Of a DNA stretch of 64,000 bases, positions 11,301 to 18,977 are shown piece by piece. Each line of letters opens with the position of its first letter. Position 1 is the first letter of the stretch. The DNA lies in the IMG/VR virus record IMGVR_UViG_3300031851_000014, positions 4,146 through 68,145 of that record. One strand, 5' to 3'. The DNA comes from a virus. The position numbers were made by a program, and so were the translations under genes. The notes beneath the pieces were generated by a model. That model was given only the letters and a program-made list of their open reading frames with translations, was not told where the DNA came from and ran no database searches.

Positions 11301-12020
11301 AATAGTAGCCAAGGTAGTACGTTTGGGCCTGTATTACATTATAGGTCATCGCCTCCAGTAGGTAGAACATCAGTTGCTAATACTATTAATAGTAACCCAT
11401 TCGGGTCTTCTTCACAGTGGCTTGCTGATTCACCTTCACCTAAACAGGTAGCTATCTTTGGTACAGATACTACAAATAGGATTACACTAAGTACACCTAC
11501 TATCTGTGCTACCTTTATTCAAGGTAATGTCTTTAAAACTGCCGATGGTAAAGATGCTTGCTATGACACAACTAATGGTACTTGTTCAGGAGAATCGGAT
11601 CCCTTTCAGTTCCCCTCAGAAGCTCATAGTTCCTTTGTTGCTGCCATTGAGGCGTTGTCTAGCGGTAACTTACTTAACTACGGTGTACCTAATGTAGGCG
11701 GTATGAAGCTTAGTTTTGCTAATACTAAAAATTATTATCACGACATTTGTAACTACGACGCATTTAAGTGTACACGTTCTGGGTCTTTAGACGCTAGAAC
11801 AAACCAAGATGAACCCCTTACAGTTATCTCTTATGATTCTGGTGCGGGTACGTATTCTTGGATTTCTAACACTAAGGCAGAATGTAGCGGCAATTGTTTA
11901 AATATTAGAGACCACTATTTTGTGGACTCAATTAACTATCCGGTTGACCTTTCGTGGATTCCGGTTGTAGATGAGTGTACGTGCTGTGATATTGACAGTA
12001 CCTGTACACCCGTTTCTTAA
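5355..12020 (+). CDS. Giant cysteine-rich protein (2221 aa), probable virion fibre/adhesin with Ig-like and beta-helix-like segments
   Basis: Long ORF with TAAGGAG RBS, dense CxxC/CC clusters and an Ig-like segment (SAAHMDGINSVKFYLDG...GVHEVRARV). It lies directly after the tail fibre. Confidence 0.6.
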   Translation: MTTPPSFDTDCGCVGGPCNPIGRCCFGTVDNDPGDNNSCSEENTGILSSYQWPSTNWYATLSEGNSDPNNIVYAKFGYNFNLFENQQCSDSIHDIDETDGVTKYNTIATAQNNFCSNNPEGFLTGQYLTTFRSMVIRNNNVNWDASNATATIQIRYPSLNEFAEDLDFMQNTSYEALILKIRVKDQSTIRRRFTPTSFIPVDTDGSSTGVPRLAPGVEVGDVYTYRFPIQSDPEKEIIGLKELWEDETNSGGEVILNIRTRDSLDQDCSSEWPAFNWKLGSFDNQIIKAFTNETITPQENYENNLWGIEVEYWFYFEGSLEPGGQGIQGDCSNFGSSNVGTCDGKGGTLGDAVPGAFDGFACTSECEGVGTIDESFCVCDICDCLSDWSGCFSSDEQTQLNKICACCQGVGGTFGGQSCPDDCDECGGFDISCQTCGDNCCTDCDRGSISFGTFDECMTKIDDGNAICWSPVSTTICPCLSEIVIDECGCFLTTGCEDNSVGGCLNGGCRAYIPSSCGGGEVTKDFFFLAYNKDGNIQDGITFSLSAPYNQQIEYGYCGEPSNSEAGLESSEWEASMDSGEYQILGNMPITFDRDRACMIKSNTVDGSLLREPVLETIKIKNIQLCNYKTNGSCGQCNNRSIVGGFNPPTIGKGVYTTLKLTNTDLKFKRTNQFNKLIAFNNSDGAASIATTNDNYTISASGDTQNLLNLGFDQTEISQAMKNTTERDKVKADFTKLDSTWYAATYCKSELLQNTEFNNSAYAFLTDTNSGWWSGNPDNTTYLRVWSTQVRSVYKFCYPFSTSASVDDATCTENVDDNFSNCYFRLDHKYAKDSQTERGIVKSSIDDTGVYKQLNANCEDTNTCVFCNTWTSADDPTNKGCNSYIDVSGNFVAETEGAMLMPSRPHTYQVEVWYVTEAGGPCSSYVQDYPTDFKLAGIVQSVPNCLLAAEQLEDTIKQYGTSPTISYNIYYDSCGSFFWQFKEREDELKSIILNTSYDEDFDDLIEGVESATITRKIDLIPDPQGTTSSYVDRNSEANDIPTIKAVTSQNWNEDVWYHTDPKHDFNLVAKGKPQVMARWTEIPFKNYANEYLDLDKTQLGFYLTVSAAHMDGINSVKFYLDGATAGNGVASINKEYAHPLETSVARVKRDDSGNLLNSLEEYTVRLETSGLTTGVHEVRARVTANSRNDGLGVGTSRLLYGEPPTGNAEVLITGEVAGDRTPGDYKNWGPIAGQNWPLSNAKWPRSVPDGPELLKGASGLNYKNSFPAIGSTNKWNLAANGFSYYTSGGAKTFYYDNRYIFGATSQQNILFNGYESFWFNYNPAPVQVTVGNASEVSAGTADVTTVAAAFTLLNTGSVEAARHDAEIILNPGTDTTPREYHWPNLKDSESLTYAEGANWCRNALQKKSLVIKSKNPDSKSKTILWFPPGQDKVDMAWNSFALHVKDLTVHTSLTGSSVNQCLKSTGTNCRLLIENVDFASVCVDAVKASTLVDGSGDIICGDSLTRASNGTVAGQIQYNKCRKIRDGEEDYQCSEDATVCGVNCCGILANGTGCADCATTACNYCRSNCTCRMTEVQWWPFFSSNTVNLSASNGTNIAAEIACSGTYPCTNSALSACKGIFGTDLVHTSTSFCLGTEPGQCVILGLYNHDLMELADNDSWTMGIYAKSITSSAVPGPVVKNPVMVKHFTVDNMTDNLICDEGHSLIIDLWVKNIDNYSDPDKKDTDIVKWSLDNYNTKYGIKVQDDYNPVIGSPNPRGVYNFNSFIENRMMINIKVDNCHSRIINMPGPSFTVRDILGSFNGAYAGVAGHKENFGTWTFRNFLFKDFHLDEKANSQQIFGHNAINHLYFDNFVVSSNVQKYCLSTDATTDACKNIPEGPLFPLTDGAVSSLSTKYLHYGRKQIQNLFIRDSVFHNLSTSPLLLQEFYPSSIDYGMAAPNFIGSNFSVNRNRYYWTGSHGVKIRGLRQVKNDYTNTARIPDLTNSSQGSTFGPVLHYRSSPPVGRTSVANTINSNPFGSSSQWLADSPSPKQVAIFGTDTTNRITLSTPTICATFIQGNVFKTADGKDACYDTTNGTCSGESDPFQFPSEAHSSFVAAIEALSSGNLLNYGVPNVGGMKLSFANTKNYYHDICNYDAFKCTRSGSLDARTNQDEPLTVISYDSGAGTYSWISNTKAECSGNCLNIRDHYFVDSINYPVDLSWIPVVDECTCCDIDSTCTPVS

Positions 12021-12029
12021 GGAGAACTT

Positions 12030-12278
12030 ATGTCTTGTATTCATTTAGGTAAACTTGCAGATGAACGTATTTGCACTATTAACAAATTTGGCGGTAAGCC
12101 TACGGAAGCTAACTGCATGGAATGTAAAGACTACGATGGCCCTTCTAGGGGCATTGGAGATACTGTTAAGAATGTTATCAGTAAAGCCACAGCAGGTAAA
12201 GTTAAACCTTGCGGAGGTTGTCAAAAACGAAGAGAAGCTCTTAATAAAATGATGGGCTATAAAAAGAAAGAGGAATAA
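12030..12278 (+). CDS. Small Cys-rich phage protein (SRGIGDTV...KPCGGCQKRREALN family)
   Basis: TAAGGAG RBS; CxxC motifs; motif recalled from uncultured aquatic phages. Confidence 0.7.
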   Translation: MSCIHLGKLADERICTINKFGGKPTEANCMECKDYDGPSRGIGDTVKNVISKATAGKVKPCGGCQKRREALNKMMGYKKKEE

Positions 12279-12279
12279 C

Positions 12280-13110
12280 ATGGCTTTAAATACAAGTTCA
12301 ACAGGCGGTCTTCTTGGAGGTCATACTTGGCGATATGGAACTCAAACAGGAATAGCAACTTTTAGTGAGATTTATTCAACCCTTACAGAATTTAATGCGT
12401 TTCAATGTACAGGAGATAGTTTTGAAATTAAAGGTTACTCTTATGACGCTGGTACTTATATTACCGAAAGAATTATTTTATGTAGGTCTACTGCCAATGG
12501 TGATGATCCTGCCTATGCCGGATCTACAGGAGATTTAGTTAATATTGGAGATAACATTGGTCAAGGAAGAACAGCTACAGTTCAAGGTATTGCATGTAGT
12601 ATGCCTCCCGGTGAAAGCAGTAAAGAAATTGTAACTGAACTTGCTGAAGCTTTTGGTTCTTCTAATGTTCAAATTCCTCAGTTACAAGTAGAAGTAGAAG
12701 ACTTTACCGCAGAAAACCAATTAAAGTTATTCTTATCAAACAAAATACAAGATAATACTAATGTTTTATATTTTGATGCGGGATCATCTACTCCTTTAAG
12801 TGAGCCGCCTTTATTACAAAAATTAGCGGGGAACGGCCAGCCATCCGTAGGTTATGACGGTGTTACTGCACCAATTAAAAAATTCTCTGGAGGACAAATT
12901 TTAGGGCCATTTGATAATCTTTACGATGAGTTAGTTTTTGGTGGTAAGTTTGTTAATCTTATTGCTGGATCTAATGAAAAAGCAGGATTAACTAGAGTTA
13001 ATAATAGTACGCCCCTTGATTCTCCTGCTACAACTAATAACGAGTCAAACGACACAAAAGCAAAAATTCTTGCAAGAGCTTATCTTGCATACAAAAAGAA
13101 AAAGAAATGA
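12280..13110 (+). CDS. Hypothetical virion-associated protein (276 aa), poly-Lys C-terminus
   Basis: GAGG RBS; termini resemble those of the next gene. Confidence 0.7.
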   Translation: MALNTSSTGGLLGGHTWRYGTQTGIATFSEIYSTLTEFNAFQCTGDSFEIKGYSYDAGTYITERIILCRSTANGDDPAYAGSTGDLVNIGDNIGQGRTATVQGIACSMPPGESSKEIVTELAEAFGSSNVQIPQLQVEVEDFTAENQLKLFLSNKIQDNTNVLYFDAGSSTPLSEPPLLQKLAGNGQPSVGYDGVTAPIKKFSGGQILGPFDNLYDELVFGGKFVNLIAGSNEKAGLTRVNNSTPLDSPATTNNESNDTKAKILARAYLAYKKKKK

Positions 13111-13119
13111 GGTGCTGTC

Positions 13120-13353
13120 ATGGCATTAAATGTAACTCCCGCTACTCAATTGAGTAACATCGGCTTAAGAACTTGGAATATTGCCGATGATTTTTTAGCC
13201 CTTCCTTTAGGGATTGACGGTTATACTAACTTCCTCGGAGGTTTAAATGCTGTCGCATCGCCTGCTACTTGGGATAATAACCCCGGAACAGATCAGGCTG
13301 ATTTAAGAAAAGATGCTGTTATTTTTAACGCATATTTAAAGAAAAAGAAATGA
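13120..13353 (+). CDS. Hypothetical protein (77 aa), short paralog of the upstream gene
   Basis: GAGGTG RBS; starts MALN, contains SPAT and ends AYLKKKK. Confidence 0.7.
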   Translation: MALNVTPATQLSNIGLRTWNIADDFLALPLGIDGYTNFLGGLNAVASPATWDNNPGTDQADLRKDAVIFNAYLKKKK

Positions 13354-13360
13354 GGCTATC

Positions 13361-13450
13361 ATGAAAGCTATTTACAAAACCTTTATCAATTTCTTTAAAG
13401 GATTTTGGGAAGCACTGAAGGTCTTTGGTAAGACCGTTTGGGAGGGTTAA
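13361..13450 (+). CDS. Amphipathic micro-peptide (29 aa; MKAIYKTFINFFKGFWEALKVFGKTVWEG)
   Basis: Read manually; GAGG RBS; fills the gap between flanking genes exactly. Confidence 0.55.
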   Translation: MKAIYKTFINFFKGFWEALKVFGKTVWEG

Positions 13451-13453
13451 ACC

Positions 13454-13864
13454 ATGCCCATCGAACTGCTGTCCCTTATTGGCGGAGGTCTCTCCGGTTT
13501 TATCTTTAAATTAATTGGCTCTATGGTAGAACGACAAGCGGCTCTTGCAGAGTTGGCTATTAAGACCCAAGCTGCTGCTGATGACTCCGCTGACCGTGCT
13601 GACGCACGAGGTGGCTCAGGCGGTACGTGGGTAAGACGAGTTATTGTTATTACAGTGCTATTTGCAATGGTAGGTGCCCCTTTTATTCTTTCATTCTTTG
13701 GTATCCCTACGTGGGTCGAGGGTGAGTTTGGTGGCATCTTTGGTTTGTTTACAGAACAGTTTCATGAAGTAAAAGGATTTCTTCTTGTTACCGAATTGCG
13801 TACAGCGTTGATTGCTATTATTGGTTTTTATTTTGGGCAGTCTGCTGTCAGTGCAAGGAGATAA
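13454..13864 (+). CDS. Holin-like membrane protein (about 3 TM segments)
   Basis: Three hydrophobic segments, WVRR motif and the C-terminal IIGFYFGQ typical of 3-TM phage holins. Confidence 0.6.
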   Translation: MPIELLSLIGGGLSGFIFKLIGSMVERQAALAELAIKTQAAADDSADRADARGGSGGTWVRRVIVITVLFAMVGAPFILSFFGIPTWVEGEFGGIFGLFTEQFHEVKGFLLVTELRTALIAIIGFYFGQSAVSARR

Positions 13865-13866
13865 TC

Positions 13867-14040
13867 ATGAATTCTTTACAAATGATTCCTGTTATTGAAA
13901 TTATTATTGGCGGAGGTATTGTAAGTATGTTATGGAAAATGAACTGTCAGTTGGCAGCGCTTTCTGAGCAGCTTAAAACTTTCGCAAAAAGAACAGAAGA
14001 CCACGAAGTGCGTCTTAGAGATTTAGAAAAAGGAAATTAA
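13867..14040 (+). CDS. Small membrane-anchored coiled-coil protein (57 aa)
   Basis: Read manually; AAGGAG RBS; N-terminal hydrophobic helix then DHEVRLRDLE. Confidence 0.6.
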   Translation: MNSLQMIPVIEIIIGGGIVSMLWKMNCQLAALSEQLKTFAKRTEDHEVRLRDLEKGN

Positions 14041-14042
14041 TT

Positions 14043-14162
14043 ATGCCTAATTTTAAAGGACAAAAAACAGGTAAAGCTAAAATGAAAAAAGGCGCTGCTA
14101 TGAAAATGGCGACTACCAAGAAAAAAGACGATAAAAAGAAAAAGAATTATAAAGGGAAATAA
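14043..14162 (+). CDS. Lys-rich micro-protein (39 aa)
   Basis: Read manually: MPNFKGQKTGKAKMKKG...; AAGGA RBS. Confidence 0.55.
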   Translation: MPNFKGQKTGKAKMKKGAAMKMATTKKKDDKKKKNYKGK

Positions 14163-14164
14163 TA

Positions 14165-15280
14165 ATGCCTACAACATCAGGAAGAAAACCTCATACTGCT
14201 TACGGTGACGTAGGAATTATGACATTAACTATTGATGGTCCTATTAACGCAGAGAACCGAGGTATCACAAACGAAAACGAAAAACAATGTTCTTTAAAAC
14301 AAAACCAAAATCTCATTCTTGGTAGAGGCAGCGAAGAATATATTTTATCGTTACGAGAAGGAACTCTTGAAGCGTCTACTGTTAACTGGATTATCCCACA
14401 GCCGTGGGACAGAGAATGGAGCTTTCAAAGAGGCGGGGTTTTTTCTCCTACACAATGTGAAATTGCTGACTGTAAAGTAGCTTTAATTTCTGAGACTATG
14501 CAACGTCCTGCTGATGGTACTGCTAAAGCGTCTAGTTGGGGAGATTTCTCAGATAATAATTTTGAGTTTACGGCTGAAGCCAGTACTGAGCCTACTTTAG
14601 AAGCAGATACTACTAAAAAATTTTTTAATAACGTAACTGGGAGTTCTTCTAACGATCTTTCTTTAATTACTAATTACGCAGCAGTTGGAGATAATCTTAA
14701 TATAGATGTTTCTGCAAATAACTTTGCTGTTGTCTTTTTTATTAAAACAGACTCTGCGACTAGTGGTGAACAATGTATATTAAGTTTTGGGAAAGGCAAT
14801 ACACAAGGTTGTTTTCAAGTAAGTACCAGAAATGGAAGTACACTTAGAATTAGATCTAAAGGAACTGGATCTCTTAATACAGTTGATTCTTCGTCTGTGT
14901 TAAGCACTAACAGTTATTATACTATTGTTGTAGGAACAACAAATGGTTTAGGTACTGCGTTTGCTAGAGTAAATGGAACGGATGTTGGATTAAGCGGTAC
15001 AATTGATGATGTTACTCTTTCGTCAAGTATGCCGCAAATTAATCTTTTATGCAGAGAAAACTCTGGTAGCTATGGTCAAAACTTTAATGGTGATTTATAT
15101 GAATTTTATTGGTTAAAATCATCTACTGTTGACAACTCGTTTTTGTCTGAAATTGAAAAAATTGAAGGTGGTCTAGCTCAAAAGTATGACACCTTGGGTG
15201 ATTTACCTGCTGATCACACTTATAAAACAAAAGTCCCTCATGGGTCTCCTATTAAACACGCACCGGATAGATTCGGTTAA
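14165..15280 (+). CDS. Concanavalin/LamG-like domain virion protein (371 aa)
   Basis: C-terminal beta-rich segment (FAVVFFIK...ARVNGT...NFNGDLYEF...EKIEGGLAQKY). Confidence 0.55.
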   Translation: MPTTSGRKPHTAYGDVGIMTLTIDGPINAENRGITNENEKQCSLKQNQNLILGRGSEEYILSLREGTLEASTVNWIIPQPWDREWSFQRGGVFSPTQCEIADCKVALISETMQRPADGTAKASSWGDFSDNNFEFTAEASTEPTLEADTTKKFFNNVTGSSSNDLSLITNYAAVGDNLNIDVSANNFAVVFFIKTDSATSGEQCILSFGKGNTQGCFQVSTRNGSTLRIRSKGTGSLNTVDSSSVLSTNSYYTIVVGTTNGLGTAFARVNGTDVGLSGTIDDVTLSSSMPQINLLCRENSGSYGQNFNGDLYEFYWLKSSTVDNSFLSEIEKIEGGLAQKYDTLGDLPADHTYKTKVPHGSPIKHAPDRFG

Positions 15281-15296
15281 ACGAAAGGAATTTAAC

Positions 15297-15536
15297 ATGG
15301 CAATGTCAGAAGAACAAAAAAAGAAAGCTGCTGCTAAAGCAGGAAAAGCTAAAGCATCACGAGCATCTAAAGGTGGCCGTAAAGCTAAACGAGCTGGTCG
15401 TTCAGTAACTCCTCCTAGTGATAGAAAAGGTGGCCTTGGTGGCCGAAAAAATAAAAGCAGGAAACGAAAAACTGCTGTTACTCGTACTCGTGTTGCTAAA
15501 GGTGGTGGCTTTGGTGGAGGAGGAGGAAGACCATGA
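15297..15536 (+). CDS. Highly basic Lys/Arg/Gly-rich small protein
   Basis: GAAAGGA RBS before ATG 15297; composition. Confidence 0.6.
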   Translation: MAMSEEQKKKAAAKAGKAKASRASKGGRKAKRAGRSVTPPSDRKGGLGGRKNKSRKRKTAVTRTRVAKGGGFGGGGGRP

Positions 15537-15985
15537 GTACAACCATTGTACCGGCTACACTTACTGTAACTCATACTGAGGCTATTACACTTAACGGGGT
15601 TAATCGTGGAGTAACTAACACATTAACTATTGCTTCTATTAATGAAGTCAGTCACAGGATTGTTACTATTGATACTGCTGCTGCTAGAACTCTACTTACG
15701 TTAGGTACTACAGCAGGAGCTGGAGCTTTTATTAAAACGGATATTCGATATATTCGTATTACAAACAAAGACAGTGCAAACTACATTACTCTGGGTATGT
15801 TAGACACAAGTGGTGATACCGCTTATGTTAAACTAGAAGCTGGACAAACATTTTGTATGTACAACGATGACCTAGAAGCTAACACAAGTGGAGCGGCTTT
15901 CTCAGCTTTCTCTGAGATTGACACGTTCAACGCTCAGGCTAATACCGCTAGTGTTGATTTAGAAGTGTTTGTCGCATCTATCTAA
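15533..15985 (+). CDS. Conserved hypothetical beta-rich phage structural protein (150 aa)
   Basis: GGAGG RBS; ATGA overlap; YIRITNKD motif. Confidence 0.65.
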   Translation: MSTTIVPATLTVTHTEAITLNGVNRGVTNTLTIASINEVSHRIVTIDTAAARTLLTLGTTAGAGAFIKTDIRYIRITNKDSANYITLGMLDTSGDTAYVKLEAGQTFCMYNDDLEANTSGAAFSAFSEIDTFNAQANTASVDLEVFVASI

Positions 15986-15993
15986 GGAATACA

Positions 15994-16194
15994 ATGAGTG
16001 ATATCTCAACGTTAAAAGATAAATTAGTTAGTAGGTTATCAGAAGATCTTGATGACCCTTCAAAATGCACACCCGGCCTGTATCAGGTTGTGTGTCGTGT
16101 GATCGTGGATCACAGAGATGAGTTAGATATGGAAGGACTTGAGTCTACCATTGATAAAATGAATCTTGATCCGCCGTTTAAATTCGGGACTTAA
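15994..16194 (+). CDS. terS: Terminase small subunit (T7 gp18-like)
   Basis: LSEDLDDPSKCTPGLYQVV...DH resembles the T7 gp18 segment DL.DDEKRSPQLYNAI...RH; upstream of terL. Confidence 0.6.
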   Translation: MSDISTLKDKLVSRLSEDLDDPSKCTPGLYQVVCRVIVDHRDELDMEGLESTIDKMNLDPPFKFGT

Positions 16195-16242
16195 TTGTTC
16201 GCTACCTTGGTTCTGTTGAACTTACCTTCAGGGCCAGTCAGA

Positions 16243-16270
16243 CCCACCTTGGGGTAAAATCCAAGGTGGG
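16243..16270 (+). other. Perfect 10-bp intergenic hairpin
   Basis: CCCACCTTGG-GGTAAAAT-CCAAGGTGGG. Confidence 0.6.
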
Positions 16271-16286
16271 CATTCAAGGAGATACT

Positions 16287-16541
16287 ATGCCATCAGGTAA
16301 AAAGAATTCTAAATATTATTATGATAAAAATCCACAATCTAAAGCTAAGAAAAACAAGTATAATACTTCTTATCATAGTACACCTGAACGCAGAAAGTAT
16401 CGTGCTAAATTAAACGCCGCTAACCGTAAGGCAGGTACTTACGGTAACGGTGACGGTAAAGACATGTCGCACACTAAAGCTGGGCGTATTGTTAAAGAAA
16501 AAGCCTCTCGTAATCGGGCTAGGAATAGGGGTCGTAAATGA
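16287..16541 (+). CDS. Basic small protein with degenerate HNH-like C-terminus
   Basis: AAGGAG RBS; GDGKDMSH...SRNRARN. Confidence 0.6.
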   Translation: MPSGKKNSKYYYDKNPQSKAKKNKYNTSYHSTPERRKYRAKLNAANRKAGTYGNGDGKDMSHTKAGRIVKEKASRNRARNRGRK

Positions 16542-16651
16542 AAAGTAAATTTAAATGTGCGTGTGGCACCACTACTAGAAATACCGGCAAAGATGTTAAG
16601 AAACTATTAGCACCACGTAAGGAGAAGTCCTATGGCAAAAAGAAAAAGTAA
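16538..16651 (+). CDS. Lys-rich micro-protein (37 aa, CxCG)
   Basis: Read manually: MKSKFKCACGTTTR...; ATGA overlap with the previous gene. Confidence 0.5.
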   Translation: MKSKFKCACGTTTRNTGKDVKKLLAPRKEKSYGKKKK

Positions 16652-16895
16652 AGGGGCCATGAAAGGCTGTGGTATTAAAAACGGCTGTAAAAGTAAAAAA
16701 GGCGGTTTAACTGCAAAAGGCCGTCGAATGATTAATAGTAAGACTGGTTCTAAGCTTAAAGCTCCTCAGCCGGGTGGTGGTTCTCGTAAGAAAAGTTACT
16801 GCGCTAGGTCTGCCGGTCAGATGAAAAAGTTCCCTAAGGCTGCTAAAGATCCTAACAGTCGTTTACGAAAAGCAAGGCGAAGGTGGAAATGCTAA
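16632..16895 (+). CDS. Basic small phage protein (KGGLTAKGR...SYCARS...DPNSRLRKARRRWKC family)
   Basis: AAGGAG RBS; motif common in aquatic phages. Confidence 0.7.
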   Translation: MAKRKSKGAMKGCGIKNGCKSKKGGLTAKGRRMINSKTGSKLKAPQPGGGSRKKSYCARSAGQMKKFPKAAKDPNSRLRKARRRWKC

Positions 16896-17059
16896 TGGCT
16901 AAGAAAAAGAAAAAAGCAAGTGACGCTTGTACTAAAAAAGTTAAATCACGCTACACCAAATGGCCCTCTGCCTATGCGTCTGGTGCGCTAGTTAAATGCC
17001 GTAAAGTCGGTGCTAAAAACTGGGGTACTGGGGGTAAGAAAAAACGGAAGAAGAAGTAA
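16895..17059 (+). CDS. Basic micro-protein (54 aa; DAC.KKVK.RY..WPSAYASGALVKCRK family)
   Basis: Read manually; TAATG overlaps on both sides. Confidence 0.7.
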   Translation: MAKKKKKASDACTKKVKSRYTKWPSAYASGALVKCRKVGAKNWGTGGKKKRKKK

Positions 17060-17286
17060 TGGCTAAGAAAAAAAGCGAAGGCTTAAAAAAATGGTTTAGT
17101 AGAAATAATGGTAAGGGCTGGATTGATTGTAAAACAGGTAAACCCTGTGGTCGTAAATCTGCCAAGGGTAAAAGCAAAAGAGCTTACCCCGCTTGCCGTC
17201 CTACTAAGTCTCAGTGCAATTCTAAAGCCAAGACTAAAAAGGGACCAGCACGTATCTCGTGGAAGAAAGGTAAAAAGAAAAAATGA
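17059..17286 (+). CDS. Basic small phage protein (GLKKWF...WIDCKTGKPCGR...YPACRP family)
   Basis: Overlapping stop/start junctions; recognisable motif. Confidence 0.7.
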   Translation: MAKKKSEGLKKWFSRNNGKGWIDCKTGKPCGRKSAKGKSKRAYPACRPTKSQCNSKAKTKKGPARISWKKGKKKK

Positions 17287-18977
17287 ATATACCCCAAGAA
17301 ATGCTTGATGACTTCAGGAATCATTTGTGGGCCTGCTTCAAGTATCTAGGCTTGGGGGAGCCTACACCACTACAATACGCTATGGCAGAGAAGCTACAGA
17401 ACGGCCCTGAGGGCTTTCAGCTTCAAGCCGGTCGAGGTGCTGGTAAGTCTGTCCTGACGGCTTGCTTTGCATCGTGGCTACTGTTAAGGGATTCTAATAC
17501 TACGGTAATGGTTATGTCAGCTACGGCCAATAAGTCTACGGAGTTCATCTCCATGACACGCCGTATTCTGTCCCTTGTCCCGTACTGTCAGCACATGGAA
17601 CCCGGCCCAAATACCAAGGATAATGCCTTTGGATTTAACGTCGAAAACAGGACATCTCACGGGCAGGATTTAAGCTGCTTCGCACGAGGCGTTACAGGGC
17701 AGATAACGGGGTCTCACGCCGATTGGGTGATCTTGGATGATGTGGAGATCGAAAAGAACTCGGAGACCGCAGAGAGCCGTGAGCGGCTTCTCACGAAGGT
17801 CTGGGAGATCGAACAAATTCGTAACCCCGGAGAGGGCGGTGTACGCATCCTAGGTACGCCTCAGACCTCTGAGTCCATTTACCGTAAGATGGCCGATGGG
17901 TATCCAATCCACAAGTTTCCAGCCCTGATGCCAGATCCTGACAGCCCCGGTCAGATTGACCATTGTGCTGATTATATATTAGAATTAGATCTCCAACCCG
18001 GAGAGTCTACCCAGCCTGAGAGGTTCGATCTAGAGCTTCTCATGGAGCGTAAAGCCAAGGTTGGACCTAAGTTATTCTCATTGCACTACCACCTAGATAC
18101 CTCACTGGCTGACGCTGACAGGTATCCCCTTAGGTTGGCTGATTTAATTGTACTTGATTGTGATTATACAGTAGCCCCTGAAAAGATTGTTTGGGCATCT
18201 AAATTTGTTAATAAAAAATTACCATCCTTTGGATTAAGTGGAGACGTACTGTATGAACCTATGTGGGTTTCGCAAAATTATGAGGACTATGTACATAAAG
18301 TTATGCACATTGACCCCAGTGGTCGAGGAGCAGATGAAACCGCTGTCTGTGTTAGCGGATATCTTAATGGTTATGTTTTTATTCTTGAGCTGGATGGTTT
18401 ACAGGGTGGGTACTCTGAGCGGACACTTGAGAAAATCGTTACGATGGCTATGGAAACAGAAGTAGATATTATTAGGTTTGAGTCTAACTTTGGTGATGCT
18501 ATGTTTGGTCAAATCCTGTTACCCGTCATGCGGCGTATGGGATGCAACGCAGGTATTGAAGAGTTTAGAGTTTCTGGTAATAAAAGTAAAAGAATTATTG
18601 GAACACTTGAACCAGCTATGTCAGCTCATAGACTTGTTGTAGATCCTAAGGTAATTAAACAAGAAGAGACTCAACGTCAGCTTACCCGTATTACAGAGAT
18701 GAAGGGTTCGCTTAAACATGACGACAGAGTAGATGTTCTTGCGTCCAGTGTATCATACTGGGAAGATTCTTTAGGGATCAATGTAGACGATAAAGTTGCA
18801 GAAGCTGAATATATGAGGAATGAAGCTATCATCCAGAACTGGGAAAACGACGATAGAAGAATTAGAAGTATCGGTTACGATAGAACTATAGGTAATGTCC
18901 AAGTAAACGGACAGGATCTTCAGATGAAAAGACCAAGTTATTTTAAAAATAGACTTCTAAGGAAATTTAATCAATGA
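17283..18977 (+). CDS. terL: Terminase large subunit (T7 gp19-like)
   Basis: QAGRGAGKS (Walker A), ITGSHADWVILDDVE (Walker B), LGTPQ, IDPSGRGADET and HDDRVD nuclease motifs. Confidence 0.95.
   Translation: MNIPQEMLDDFRNHLWACFKYLGLGEPTPLQYAMAEKLQNGPEGFQLQAGRGAGKSVLTACFASWLLLRDSNTTVMVMSATANKSTEFISMTRRILSLVPYCQHMEPGPNTKDNAFGFNVENRTSHGQDLSCFARGVTGQITGSHADWVILDDVEIEKNSETAESRERLLTKVWEIEQIRNPGEGGVRILGTPQTSESIYRKMADGYPIHKFPALMPDPDSPGQIDHCADYILELDLQPGESTQPERFDLELLMERKAKVGPKLFSLHYHLDTSLADADRYPLRLADLIVLDCDYTVAPEKIVWASKFVNKKLPSFGLSGDVLYEPMWVSQNYEDYVHKVMHIDPSGRGADETAVCVSGYLNGYVFILELDGLQGGYSERTLEKIVTMAMETEVDIIRFESNFGDAMFGQILLPVMRRMGCNAGIEEFRVSGNKSKRIIGTLEPAMSAHRLVVDPKVIKQEETQRQLTRITEMKGSLKHDDRVDVLASSVSYWEDSLGINVDDKVAEAEYMRNEAIIQNWENDDRRIRSIGYDRTIGNVQVNGQDLQMKRPSYFKNRLLRKFNQ

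Noticed and set aside
16287-16541. Mobile HNH homing endonuclease
   Set aside because: Only a degenerate D.SH...N..RN remnant in an 84-aa basic protein; insufficient to call a mobile element.
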